From Antedon mediterranea (lineage: Eukaryota; Animalia; Echinodermata), in assembly GCF_964355755.1 (NCBI RefSeq), contig NC_092672.1, forward strand, positions 248,001 to 312,000: a stretch of 64,000 bases of DNA. The letters run 5' to 3'. Within the stretch, counting starts at the first letter, position 1. Each line of letters opens with the position of its first letter. Below, piece by piece: positions 34,581-48,300 of this stretch. A program made the position numbers and the translations under genes. The notes under the pieces are model-generated. The model saw only the letters and a program-made list of their open reading frames with translations. It was not told where the DNA came from and did no database searches.

Positions 34581-37500
34581 AGAAGTTTAGAGGCTTTAAC
34601 GTTTGTCTAGAGTATAATAAACCCGATATTATATTAGCCGCCATAACCCACATGATAGGTTTAGATATGCTTATTTCTTGAATTGCATGTAAGTATTAAT
34701 TAATAACTGATTAATTAACACTCTTATTATTTAAGATTACCAGTACGTCCTATTAAAGCCTAAATCAATCTAATTATTGATATTAATAGAAATTAACAAT
34801 TACCGTTATAGCATTGATTAATCCTTCCACGAAGTTGATCAATCTTGGTTCTTGTTTTCAAAGGTATATCGTAAAGCTGGTTTAGTTACACGTCCGTCAA
34901 GTTTCGTTATGCCCACAGTATGCGTATAGTTTCTAGATATACAACCTACTTTGTTCACGTGATTTGTTATACGTCACTGGATAAGTACTGGATTAATGTA
35001 ATGGATATTCCGAAAAGAAAAAAAAAAGCTATCCTCGATACTGCTGGCATGGTTGAAGGTGGAGAGAAATGTGCTGAACAAAAACAAATGGCAAGTCGTT
35101 TTAAAAGAAAAGCTGTCCTTGATACTGCTGGATTCGTTGAAGGTGGAGAGAAATGTGCTGAACGAAAACAAATGGCAAGTCGTTTTAAATAATGAACAAT
35201 CAACAAGTGCTTCTTTGGTTTTTGTCCACTGTATCAATTCTTGCGATTGATAATCCGAGTAATTTGAAATCCATTAGAAGGACAATTTCAATTTTCTGAT
35301 AGAGAATATATAGATCAATAATTTAAATACACATTTCTTAATGTTTTATATATCACATACCGCCAGAATAACGCCACTCGTTTCACTACTAATTTGTGAT
35401 ACATTATTTTAAGGTTTAATGTGATATTCAAATTTTTGAGATTTTAATGATAAGTAGGAGCTTAATACATTCAAAAAACATTTAATGAATGTAGGCCTAA
35501 TAATACATCATTTATCTGGACATTCTCAAATTTAGCATATTAATTACGAAATGCAATGATAGAAAGATACATTTTGATCCAACCAGAGAGTTGTTATCCA
35601 TTTACTTATCTATTTTTCCTTGGAATGTCATATCAATGATGATAAACGAACATATAGGTATAATATACATTAGTGCTCGTGTTTTTTTCAGTTTTATACA
35701 TAATAATTGTAAGTTAACAAAATGGCATACATAATCAGTAGAATCCCTGTGGGTGTTTCAAAGTTAACAACAAAATGTAGGCCTATACTAAAGAAATAAG
35801 GAAGCTAGCTGCGGAAACTTTCTGTTTGAATAAATAGAAATAAATGGATTGATTGATTTATTTATTTGATTGATTGATTGATATTTGCAATCTTTAAAAT
35901 TGCAAGTAATATCAGGAAAGTAATGTAATTTCACTCATCCCTGGTAATATCTAATTACTTTATGTATCCTTCAAATTGATTTGATACAAAAAAAGGGTTT
36001 ATGTCTTATTGATTTTAGAAGAGGATTGACATCGTGTTACTGAGAGCGAGATGATGGCTTGTTTTCACTAATTGCCTCTAAACATCATCAAGAAATGTAT
36101 ACGACAAAGTGAATGGCTCAAAGGATTAATGCTTCACTGAATATTCTCCACTTTCATGGGGATTATCTCTTAGCTTGTGCATTACACACTGTAATTAATT
36201 GCCAGGCTAGTTTGTCATTTTGGCCCAAATACATCAACCCATTCAATGAAAGAAAACGTCGTTTTGCATTATTAGTTTGTTGTCCTAATGCACGAACCCA
36301 TCAGTAAAGTCAAAGTCTATTTTGCATGATGCTTATTTTGTCCTTTTAGCCTAAATGCATCAGCATCACCATGTAAATAATCAGCCCATTAATGAAGAAA
36401 ATATCTATATGCATAATAGGCTACGGGGACGGGAGTTTGTCATTTGTTACAAAGCCTTCAATCCATTCAGGTTTAGTTTGTCATTTTGTTCAAATTCCTC
36501 ACCCATTCAGAAAGAAAAGGTGTTTTTTTTGCATACGCCTAATCCATCAACCCATTTTTTCCATAATTATTAACTTGATTAATTCTTTAAAGTATAATGT
36601 AATTGAGAAATGTATAATGTGAATTGCATGACGTAACTGTTAACTTGTATTGGAAGAGTTTGACTTTCTCGGAAATACATATTTTAAACATGTGATTATG
36701 GGTAACGTATAAACTCCGCTCAATGGTTGCACAATGTTTGAAATGCAAAATATTATCTATTTCATCATAATGGGTACATTATTTACAATATATACATTTC
36801 TGATGACGTGAAACATAGTTTTATGGTTCTAATTGATTATAAATGAAGTCTATTTAAAGAAGAAAAAAGAAGACATGTGAGTATATAGATGGCTAATGTT
36901 CTTGTTTTGATGATTTTACATTTAATGTGTTTTGTGTAAGCTTGCTTATGCATGTTGTATCCTTGTTGGTTTATAATAAATGCTGCTTAACCTGGTGAAG
37001 GATCAGAAGTACAAAAGTCAAAAACCAGCACTTAGTATTGCCAGGTAAGAGTGAAATTACGTATATCTCTTTGTGCTACTTTGCAAAATAACTAAAACCT
37101 GACTGTCGGTAATCCACTTCTACTCCCTAACTGGAAGTGTTGTTCTCTGGGGGAGAGATACCAGACATGTTAATTTTCAATAATTATTAAAAATATTGTT
37201 GTAAACAATAATACTACACACCCACGGCGGTCCATTTTATTCTAGTACATTAGTTTCACAGCTACAAAATGTAACAAGATAAGGATGGTGTTGTGATTCT
37301 TATCAGATGAATTAACTTAACTGCTGTAATTTGTTCACATTTCGATAAATTCGGTAATTAATGACGCATTAGGCGCAGGAGCCCCGGATAGCGTTACGTT
37401 TGAAAACCCCAAAAAGTGAGGTTTTCAACCATTAGCGGCATGACTGATGTGAGTGATTAATGTGTTTTACGGACGGTTTCAAGGACTATCCTACCAGTGG

Positions 37501-38409
37501 GCTGTTCACTGGTCAAATGATTGACACTTTGTATCACCGTTTGTAACTGGAGCTGTGACGACCTTTGTAACTGGAGCTGTGACGACCTTGCAAGAATACT
37601 AGGCCAGAATTTTTAATTGAAAAGTGCCTTGGTATTAACAATAACATGGAGATGGAAACAAATTTGTCTATCTTTCTTTCTAAAATAAATGGTCACTATA
37701 GTTTCAAACTAGGCTTAGTCCACCACATTAGTAATTACAAATCGAAACCTAAATTAAAATTGTTGGTATTCTTTGGCCGTTGTTTGATTAATTACATCTT
37801 CATGCCATGTTTTTTTTCTCCTCTAATGATTTGGCGATACGCTCCTATATTAATTAGGCCTACTAGCAGAGGGTTCGATGAGTTTTGAAAAGTTATGGAA
37901 ATGTGGCCTAACATATAGCAATTCAGTTTTTTAAGGCCCTTCTTCCTTGTCCGAGCCTTTGGAAATATTAAAAAGTTATATTAATATAATATATTCTGTG
38001 TTTTCATGTTTTGAGAAATTGTATATCATTTCAGATGTTTCGCGCTGCGCTTTTATTTGTTTCGCGCTTCGTGTTGTTCGAGCTTCCTCCGTACATACCG
38101 ATAATTAATATGATTTTTCATTTCATTTTTTGTACATTATTAAAAAATAGCATACAGAACCCCATACAGAACATACCCTTCTCTGAGAAAACACTTGTGG
38201 GCGATTCCTCGAATACGACATGATGGAATAGCTTTGGAGACTTTGACTTTGGAGTAGGCCTAAATCGAAACGTCAAGCAACTCAACAGTTCTTTTCAGAA
38301 CTAATATAGGCCTACGTGGTGTACCGCAAATTTATATCAACAAATATGTAACTTGTTTAGCACGTTTAAAATGGAGAGCAAAACATATTAAAAAAAAAAC
38401 CCCTGAATT

Positions 38410-39930
38410 ATTTCAAACAGACAGCACATTAGTTCAAACGGATAGCACAATAGATAGCTCAATCAAATGGATATAACTATGATATAACTGTACTGTGCAT
38501 TCTATACGGATTATCGGGTAGCACATTCTTTCAAATGGATAGCACATTCTTTCAAATGGATAGCACATTCTTTCAAATGGATAGCACATTATTTCAAATG
38601 GATAGCACATTAGGTAGCAAAATCAAATGGATATAGTACTGTACATTATTCTATGATTATCGGGTAGCACATTCTTTCAAATGGATAGCACATTAGGCCT
38701 ATTTCAAATGGATAGCACATTCTTTCAAATGGATAGCACATTATTTCAAATGGATAGCACATTATTTCAAATGGATAGCACATTGGGTAGCACAATCAAA
38801 TAGATATAGTACTGTACATTATTCTATAAGGATTATCGGGTAGCACATTATTTCAAATGGATAGCACATTAGGTAGCACAGTCAAATGGATATAGTACTG
38901 TACATTATTCTATACGGATTATCGGGTAGCACATTCTTTCAAATGGATAGCAAATTATTTCAAATGGATAGCACATTCTTTCAAATGGATAGCACATTAT
39001 TTCAAATGGATAGCACATTATTTCAAATGGATAGCACATTAGGTAGCACAATCAAATGGATGTAATTGTACTGTACAATATTCTATACGGATTATCGGGT
39101 AGCACATTCTTTCAAATAGCACATTATTTCAAATGGATAGCACATTATTTCAAATGGATAGCACATTGGGTAGCACAATCAAATGGATATAGTACTGTAC
39201 ATTATTCTATAAGGATTATCGGGTAGCACATTATTTCAAATGGATAGCACATTTAGGTAGCACAATCAAACGGATATAATTGTACTGTACATTATTCTAT
39301 AGCCTACGGATTATCGGGTAGCACATTCTTTCAAATGGATAGCACATTAGGTAGCACAGTCAAATAGATATAGTACTGTACATTATTCTATAAGGATTAT
39401 CGGGTAGCACATTCTTTCAAATGGATAGCACATTAGGTAGCACAGTCAAATGGATATAGTACTGTACATTATTCTATAAGGATTATCGGGTAGCACATTC
39501 TTTCAAATGGATAGCACATTAGGTAGCACAATCAAATGGATATAGTACTGTACATTATTCTATACGGATTATCGGGTAGCACATTCTTTCAAATGGATAG
39601 CACATTCTTTCAAATGGATAGCACATTGGGTAGCACAATCAAATAGATATAGTACTGTACTGTACATTATTCTATACGGATTATCGGGTAGCACATTCTT
39701 TCAAATGGATAGCACATTCTTTCAAATGGATAGCACATTATTTCAAATGGATAGCACATTAGGTAGCACAATCAAATGGATATATGTAATTGTACTGTAC
39801 ATTATTCTATACGGATTATCGGGTAGCACATTCTTTCAAATGGATAGCAAATTATTTCAAATGGATAGCATGGATTTGGGTAGCACAATCAAATTGAGCA
39901 CATTGGGTAACACATTGCATCAAATGGAAG
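38410..39930. repeat. Compound satellite of 21-bp units (agcacattmtttcaaatggat) with higher-order structure
   Basis: Runs of 1-5 short units alternate with a constant linker tagtactgtacattattctatacggattatcgggt. Confidence 0.95.
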
Positions 39931-39974
39931 CCTACTGTACAGTTATTCTATTGAATTGAAATATATATTTATAA

Positions 39975-40115
39975 TGGGTAACCTCTTCAGTCAAAGACTG
40001 GTCTCCCAGAGGGCCCAGTTGGTGATCAGTGGCTGTGATAATACACCGGGGTAACCCCCCACTCGTCTCGAAAGATGTACTAGGTTCTCTAAAGTACACA
40101 CGAGTTAGATGTGTA
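39975..40115 (-). mobile_element. SINE-like fragment
   Basis: ccggggtaaccccccactcgtctcgaaagatgtactaggttctctaaagt resembles the reverse complement of conserved marine-invertebrate SINE cores (from memory only). Confidence 0.35.
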
Positions 40116-42317
40116 TTCTATTATCGGGTGTAGCACATTAAAATTGAGAGGATAAGATGGACATCATAATTTATTATTAAGGGGCAAAACAGCAAATCCT
40201 TACTGAGGGGACACTCCTATAAAGCGGACATTAAGGGGACGGGGAATATTTAAGCTCAGTGCCAATGTTCACTCAATATATTTTCCATCACAAAATAACA
40301 AAAAAGACGAAATATTTATATCCATTTATCGTTATTAAATAAAAATGGATATCATGATAATTATGATACTTTGTTTGTCTTGAAAGTTTTCATTGGTGAA
40401 ACGTTGCCTGCTACATTTTGAATTTCAGATCAGTATTGGTATTCCGTGATCTATTCTAACTAATGAAACAATTTTTAGAAAATGATATCTGATAGATATC
40501 ATCTAACTTTTAATATAGTTCTTGTATAACACCATATCAAGTAGTAGTAGAACTTATTGTAGGGTTTTCTTATTATTCAGTCAAGTCAGTGTTTCTATAC
40601 AGAAAAGAGTAGTCAGTGGCCTTAACATCAATTAATTGTATAATTTGCACCCAAGGTCGAATAGCAAGAAACTCAGGTCCAGTTACATTGGTGTTCATTG
40701 GTCAATAGGAAATGAACAGCACACTTATGGGTGGTGACAAAGTTTAGTTATTGATAAGTTGTCCTTGGGAAAAACACATTAGTTGGGTTGACCATGGGCT
40801 GACAGAGTTAACGACTTCGTAACGCTATCCGGGGCTCCTGCGCCTAATGGTGTGACCTGATTTCATTGCCCTCGCAATGAACTTATTGAATTAAAACTCT
40901 GGCTTAATTTAAATGCCAAAAATATCGAACTTTGCATTAACTTCAATGACTTTTATCTGACTTTATACCTTTTATCATAGGTCAATCGTTTCCGATATGA
41001 TTTAATATCTATTATTATTTGAACTTTCACAATCATTTCATTATAACCATTTAATTTCTTTTTGAAATGATTGATGTAGTCCTTCTGCGAACAGATCAAA
41101 GGCTACAGTACCGCTGCTAACGATCTATCTACAGGCATAAATTGAATCAATTGCAATATGTGGAAAATGTTAGCCAATGGTATTAAAAAAACGATAATAA
41201 GCATTTTTTTTATTCTTACGGGTGACTGTTTCATAAAATCGACGGATATATAAAAAAAAAACTGCCTCTCAGTTACTAATTGTTGTTTCTCTGCTCTGCT
41301 ATCTCAAGAAAATTACATTTGATCTGATGAGGGTTCACGCCAATGCGTACCGTAGTAGTGTATATACAGGTTAGTTTATGAAAGTATAATACAAGATTAT
41401 ACATAAGATCAGGCTCCACTATCATGTGCTCTGATTTAATATAGAAGTAGAAGAAGAAGCATGGCTTTCTTTTAAAAATGCTGTAATTTGATTTCACGCC
41501 CTCTATACTTAATAACGATATGTAGTATATTTTGATTTTCTGCTTTTTAATAGTAAGTCCGCCCTCTATCTGTGCCTCTGTAAAAAGCAGAACAAAATAC
41601 AGCAGTACTTTCTGAAACTAGAACGTTTACAATTAAGACATATCAATGTCACGGTCGGATGATGGTGGTTGCGTATCTCTGTCCATTTTGCTTGTGGTTG
41701 AAATTTTTAAATTGGGTTTTTTTTATCATCGATTATCAAAATCCAATACATACAATTATATCTGTGTTGTATTTATCTTTGATAAAAGGTTGAATGAATA
41801 AATGATTGAATAAACGGTGTCATTGATGTAAAATGTGTAGAAATTGATATTATTACGTATTCTATCCCAAAGACATCATCACCCTCTTCGAATGCACAGT
41901 ATCCGTCAAGCTAGAAAGCCGTACAAAAAAGTCATTCCTTCCACAGTCTATTGTCACATAATAAAAATGTTGTAAGATACACTATTTTTCACCGATTTGA
42001 AAAAGTTTAACAAATTGAATTAAACATCCACTTTACTCTACAAACAAAAAATGACAAGCATCTTACAGGTTAATAAACTTTTAAAAGTTTTCTTTGTTTG
42101 AGGGCGGCATTCGAACATTTAGCACATACATAATGGTATCCCCGTATTTTAATGGAGTCGTCCAATAGAATTGCACTGTGTCTATTGGCTATTGGTTCTG
42201 ATGTTGAGCACGAGAAGTACGAAAGAGGAAAAACAAAGTAGAGTCGTCTGGTGTGTTTTAGCCGTGATGCTCAGTAGATCCCATGTGACTTAGTGGGCCT
42301 AAGAAATAACTTTCGAG

Positions 42318-45300
42318 ATGTCTCGATATGGGAATACTTACTCTATTTGGATATTTATATACCTTGGCTGTATAATATTTCATGTATCAAGTCCAAATAA
42401 AGGTAATTTTTTGTTTTTATTTATAGGCTCAGCCTCAGTCAGGACTGGAGGAGGAGGGAGGGGGGAGTGAGTAACGTCACCACTACCAGCAGCATCTACC
42501 CACCACACTGCACCTTAGTTCCACTATCCGCCAGCCAGAACAAGTTAAGCCAGCCCTCAATAGATCCACAAGAATACAGCCTAGAGATTGTTTTGTATTT
42601 GTTTTTTAGACCACCATGTCACATGGATGGTATGTGTAGAGTAGAGTTTCTCCAATTAATTGAATTGTCATGCTTTGGGTCTGCTCAATGGTGCAGGAGT
42701 TGACATCTTTACGACCTTCACAATCCAAAATAAATAAATCTAGTTGGGTTTTTGTCACGTTTCATTCTCCCAATAATATGTCAAGCTGTTTCCTGTTTAT
42801 GATATGTTTTCTACACAAATTTGTATAATTGGTACAAATTTCAAAATGCATTTTTTTTAGCTGCAGTTTTCTGCCTCTTACTTTTACTTGACACCAAAAA
42901 AAAAGACCCCCTTTCTCTTCGCAACAGTGAATACAGATGATGAGGAGCAGGCCTACCTTGCTTGTAAATTATGAATTTAGGTGTTGAAATCACACAACAT
43001 CACACAACACAAACAACTAAAATTTGTTTTATTGTAATAATTTTTGGAAATCTCAATTATCAAAATATAAATTAAAATTTAATTTTGTTTATGTTTGCAG
43101 TGACATTGTATGACAGCAATTCTTTTGCTGGTCTAAACTGGGACATCTTTCCACCGTCGGATGATATAGCAACATATAAAGGGGTAAATATTGTCAGCGA
43201 TTTTTGTTGTTTTAATTGTGTGTTAATCGTTTCTCAGTTTGTTTGTTTTTTTTAGCAGACAATGAATAAGTAAGTAGTATATCATAATTATTGCTAAATT
43301 GTGGATGAATAAAATGAATGATGATGAATAAAAAAAAGTATTCTTCATATTTACAAAATCAAGGTTTTCCTTCCTTTGATTTTATGTGATGACATAAAAA
43401 AAGCTTTTTCAGTGATTACTATTTTTATGGTGTCCTTGATATAATGTGGGCATGATTTCTACCAGATTTACCTTGCAATATTTAAGAAATTCCAAGACAA
43501 GTTTATGAAAAGTCAGTGATCAATCATTATATTAAGTACAAACAATTAACCTGTCAAAATAACCTCTTTTGTTGAGAATATGATTTATTTACTTCACTGT
43601 AGGGGAGCCACAAATGTACTCTGGTGATTAGGAAAAAAATAGTTGTTGTAATTAAAAATTTGAACCTTAGTATTCTCTAGGTCATTGCATTTATCTTAAA
43701 TATAGGTCACTCAGTTTGTCCACTTTGGGTCATTTCCTTTGGGTCAGTAACACAGTGGTCATTCCACTTATGTTGGTTGATGTTTTGATTTCACACATTT
43801 TTGGACATAAATCAATCATTAAGGTGTTTAATATCCCCTAAGGAATGTGAACCTACTGTAGTCCCAGGTTGTAAGTAAATAAACAAATCTCAAATTATCA
43901 GGATACCTGTACTGTACAAAATACAATTGGTCCAATGTGGTGGGAATTTAGAAATAGAAACACCATCCCTGCCTCACTGCCTGCTACCATCCAATGGTAC
44001 ATAACCTCTAGTGGGTGACGGTATTAATAGTAGAAAATAAATCCAAATCCACCTTAAAATGATTTTATATTACCAGATGGTTCCATACAAGATGCTAGTT
44101 GATAGTGATACCAATTTGCAATGGGCTACTGTCTATATATCAGGTTTTTCCATACAAGATGCTAGCTGATACCAATTTGCAAGGGGCCATGTGTTTTAAA
44201 CAGGAAACATTAGAGAAATGTCTTTAGTCCATTAGCTCATAAATCTTAGAATGTATCCTTTACATACACTCTACAGTATAATAAATCAACCAGTTTGAAC
44301 ATGCAAACAAGGTGTTTTGCCTGTACACCTCCAGACTATACAAGCATTCAAGATTAAGTTTCTTCTATAGGATTATACTAATCCCAGGCAACACCTATCA
44401 AAGGTTACTTGTATAATCTCCTAAATAAGCATACATGTTTGGGTACTTATCCAAGGTCTTTTAAAATCCACTAATTAGTTTTAACTAAATGGAGATATAT
44501 GGTATTGATATATGGTATTGATATATGGTATTGATATATGGTATTGATATATGGTATTGATATATGGTATTGGATCTTTATTACTTGTAGTGCAACAACT
44601 GTTTCTAAAGATGACTACAATACTGTATGATATTGTAATTAAATGTTCTCCTTGATAAACATTCACTAGCAAGTACACATTCATTATATGATAATTACAC
44701 AGTCCTTCAAGTCCTAATTTATTTATATAACTATTTATACTTCAATGTTTAGGGGCTGAACTTGATTAGTTTTAACTATTTTTTAGCCCTTCCCTTGATA
44801 TAATTATTATTATTTGTATTACAATGTTTATAATTTATATTTATGGGTAAATAAAGAAAGAAAGAAAGAAAGAAAGATGACTACAATACTGTATGATATT
44901 GTAATTAAATGTTCTCCTTGATAAACATTCACTAGCAAGTACACATTCATTATATGATAATTACACAGTCCTTCAAGATGGATGTTTAATCATTACAGCA
45001 GGGGTATTTTAAATTTTTTTACAGTAGTAAGTCATTAACTAAACAGAAAACAAAATGATCATATTTTGAAATCCTTTTACCTATTTCTAAATATGTTATG
45101 ATACAATTAATTATCACTCTGACTGATGGAATGTTTTTAGATCATTTACACAATTTTGTTGTTAATATGTTGTATTCCATAATGATTTAAACTACTAGTG
45201 TTAGCCTTTAAACTACTAGTGTTAGCCTTTAAACTACTAGTGTTAGCCTTTAAACTACTAGTGTTAGCCTTTAAACTACTAGTGTTAGCCTTTAAACTAC

Positions 45301-48300
45301 TAGTGTTAGCCTTTAAACTACTAGTGTTAGCCTTTAAACTACTAGTGTTAGCCTTTAAACTACTAGTGTTAGCCTTTAAACTACTAGTGTTAGCCTTTAA
45401 ACTACTAGTGTTAGCCTTTAAACTACTAGTGTTAGCCTTTAAACTACTAGTGTTAGCCTTTAAACTACTAGTGTTAGCCTTTAAACTACTAGTGTTAGCC
45501 TTTAAACTACTAGTGTTAGCCTTTAAACTACTAGTGTTAGCCTTTAAACTACTAGTGTTAGCCTTTAAACTACTGTAGCCAACAAAAAATGGCAAACCTG
45601 CATATCTGTGGAAACCATTTGCTCACAAATTTCACATGTTTACTACACTCATCAATGTCAGTGTAATTTATTAGATTAAAGTAAATTACAATGTATGGCC
45701 TATAAAACCAGCAGAAGCTACCATTTATAATTATTTAATGATTATTGGGTCACATACTTAGAAAAGACCCATGTACACCAGCCAACACTGCAATAAGCTA
45801 TTATTTCAGCAACACTACCAATATAAAATTTCGAGGAAGACCGAGAACCACCCTACCAATAACTCTCAGCAATGACCTACTCACCCTTTATAAGCATAAT
45901 ACAGACATTAAGTATCCCGGACAATTGAAAACCAAGAAAGACATGAAACAATTTAAAGAACTAGCAAATGAAAGATCAGACTGGAAGAAGCTAGTAAAAG
46001 AGATTTACGGAGCAGCCCAAGCGGAAATGTCGGCAGACTTTTCAGCGGAAAGGCAGTAATAATATATATATAATGATTATACAGGATTCTTCTAATTGCA
46101 CTGACATTGAAGACTGGGTGTTGACTTCAATATTGCATTCTATACACTCTTACTAATTAATATTCAAGGGTTCTTTAATTATATAATGATAATTATGTCC
46201 AGTATCCTCAATAAATCTTGGGTTAATGGTATAATAAATTGGTGCACTATGTTACTGCAGATAGATCTTATGATAATAAATTGGATTTCATAATCTGAAA
46301 GGCCTGTTATCATTAATATTTACAGTAGTAAAGCCTCGTCTATAGAAGAATACCGTACTGTATGTCGTTGTCGGGGTGGATCCAGAATTTTTCAAAATAG
46401 TGAGGCTCGGAAACAAAATGAGGGTTGATATAATATATTCTACATTTATTATACAGTATTTAATTTAACATACTTATGTTCATTCTTTGTACTTTGGGCT
46501 AACCTCTTTGAAACTGAATTAATATAATTGTAAGTTGCTGTATTAATATATTATACAGAATTAAATTACAATACTGTACTTGATCTCATTTTATTTTTAT
46601 TAAATATATGTATGTGGTGGAAATATACTTCTTTTGCCAAGTAAATCAAGTAAAAATCATTTATTAAATACATGTTTTTTATATCACCGTGCCTTTAGTT
46701 TTGTTTTTCATAACTTACGGTAGCCTATACGTACATGCTTTACTTTGTAGGTTGATACTGTTGGAGGTGATACTTGTCATTTTCAAGAATTGGATTAATA
46801 TTGATAAATTTAAAGAGGTTATTGATTCTTGAGTCATTTACGACTTACGTTGTTAAATACTCCATCTACTACAATTCCACTGCTATCTAACTGACTTTCT
46901 TGAACATGCATAGAATGAGTTCCTCAAGAACTCAACCAGTATCATCCTAATTTTAAGGCCCACATCAAGTTCTAGTACTAGTAGATACAGTATACTGTAA
47001 CAACGTCAACATTCCTACACAACAAGATCAATGATGGCCATATTATTTCAATTTTACTACTCATTACCCCCACTTGAAATTCAACATGAATTTCATAATG
47101 ACTTTTGATTTTTTCTACATTTAATTATGAGATAGCTAGCTTCGATTCTACGTATTTGTTGCACTTGAGTGCATTCAACATTGCATAGCAGACTGTAACT
47201 TGATGTGAGAGGGTCACAAAACTCATTTACATAACGTTAGATTCAATCATATTATTTCATTGCCTTTTAAAATATTAATTGGATTTTCCACTTCACTGAA
47301 AAAAAATTGCTTATTCGGGTTCTAAGAATTTTTGAAATATAATTATAACTAATTGAAGGGTTGCTTTAATAGTCACTTAATGAAACTTAATCGTAACCAA
47401 TTTATCATACATGATTAAAACAATGACTTTTAAGTAATTCTATGTCTGTATTCAATACGATTTATATAAATAAGGAAAGAGTGAATTTCACTCCTGTTTC
47501 CTGTAGAAGGTATTGCTGACACTGTCTTTACTCTATCTTTGTGAATACTTCAATTCCAACATCCTGTTTAGTACAGTAGGTCTACTACTGTACTAGAAGT
47601 GTTTATTAGTACAATGATCATAATGTTTACTGTGCAGTTTTGTTTTATTTTTTTTTTCAAATCTAAACCTGGTTTTATCTCCTACTGTATACTTATTACC
47701 TAAGAGTTTATCCTGTGAAATGTACAATGGAGGACTCCATAGAAAGTGTGGGTAATCACCATGCAAGATAATCCATACATTGTGTAATGACTAGCTTATC
47801 CTATTCATGATCACACGTCCAAATTAATTATTCAACCTCTATATAAGTAGTGATCCTCTAATAAATACATGTTCTACTAAATAGTAATTATTGGCATTTG
47901 GGTGTTTTATTTGTTGTTTCACCTTCACAGTATCATCCAATTCTACTCTCTTAGAGTGGTTCCATTTAAGCTCGCTCTTAGAGTGGTTCCATTTAAGCTT
48001 ATTAACGAATATAGGGTTGCTGTAGTCTAAAGCTCTGTCTACACTATCAAACTTTATGTGAAAACAAAATCTGATGTGCCCATATATGGACATGATGATG
48101 TCATATCACTACCATATTTAAGCATCATTACCATATTTGGGCACATCACACTTTTTGTCACAAAACGTTTGATAGTGTAGACAGAGCTTAATACTGTTTA
48201 GTCTATCTTTCCATTTCCATTATGAATTCAGTGTTTGTATGCTTAGTGTTAAGTAATACTAATTTATAATTTATTATGAATTCATTATGAATTCAGTGTT

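Larger units (their letters stand above)
37372..40844. mobile_element. 3.5-kb non-autonomous DNA transposon with perfect 27-bp TIRs and apparent TA TSD
   Basis: TA-GGCGCAGGAGCCCCGGATAGCGTTACG ... CGTAACGCTATCCGGGGCTCCTGCGCC-TA. No transposase ORF; carries a satellite and retroelement fragments. Confidence 0.8.

Noticed and set aside
34920-35250. Overlapping ORFs with a duplicated peptide (KAILDTAGMVEGGEKCAE)
   Set aside because: Explained by an 84-bp tandem duplication; no recognisable domain or splice context.
45146-45595. (SSLKANT)n and (VLAFKLL)n ORFs
   Set aside because: 21-bp minisatellite inside an Eph intron.
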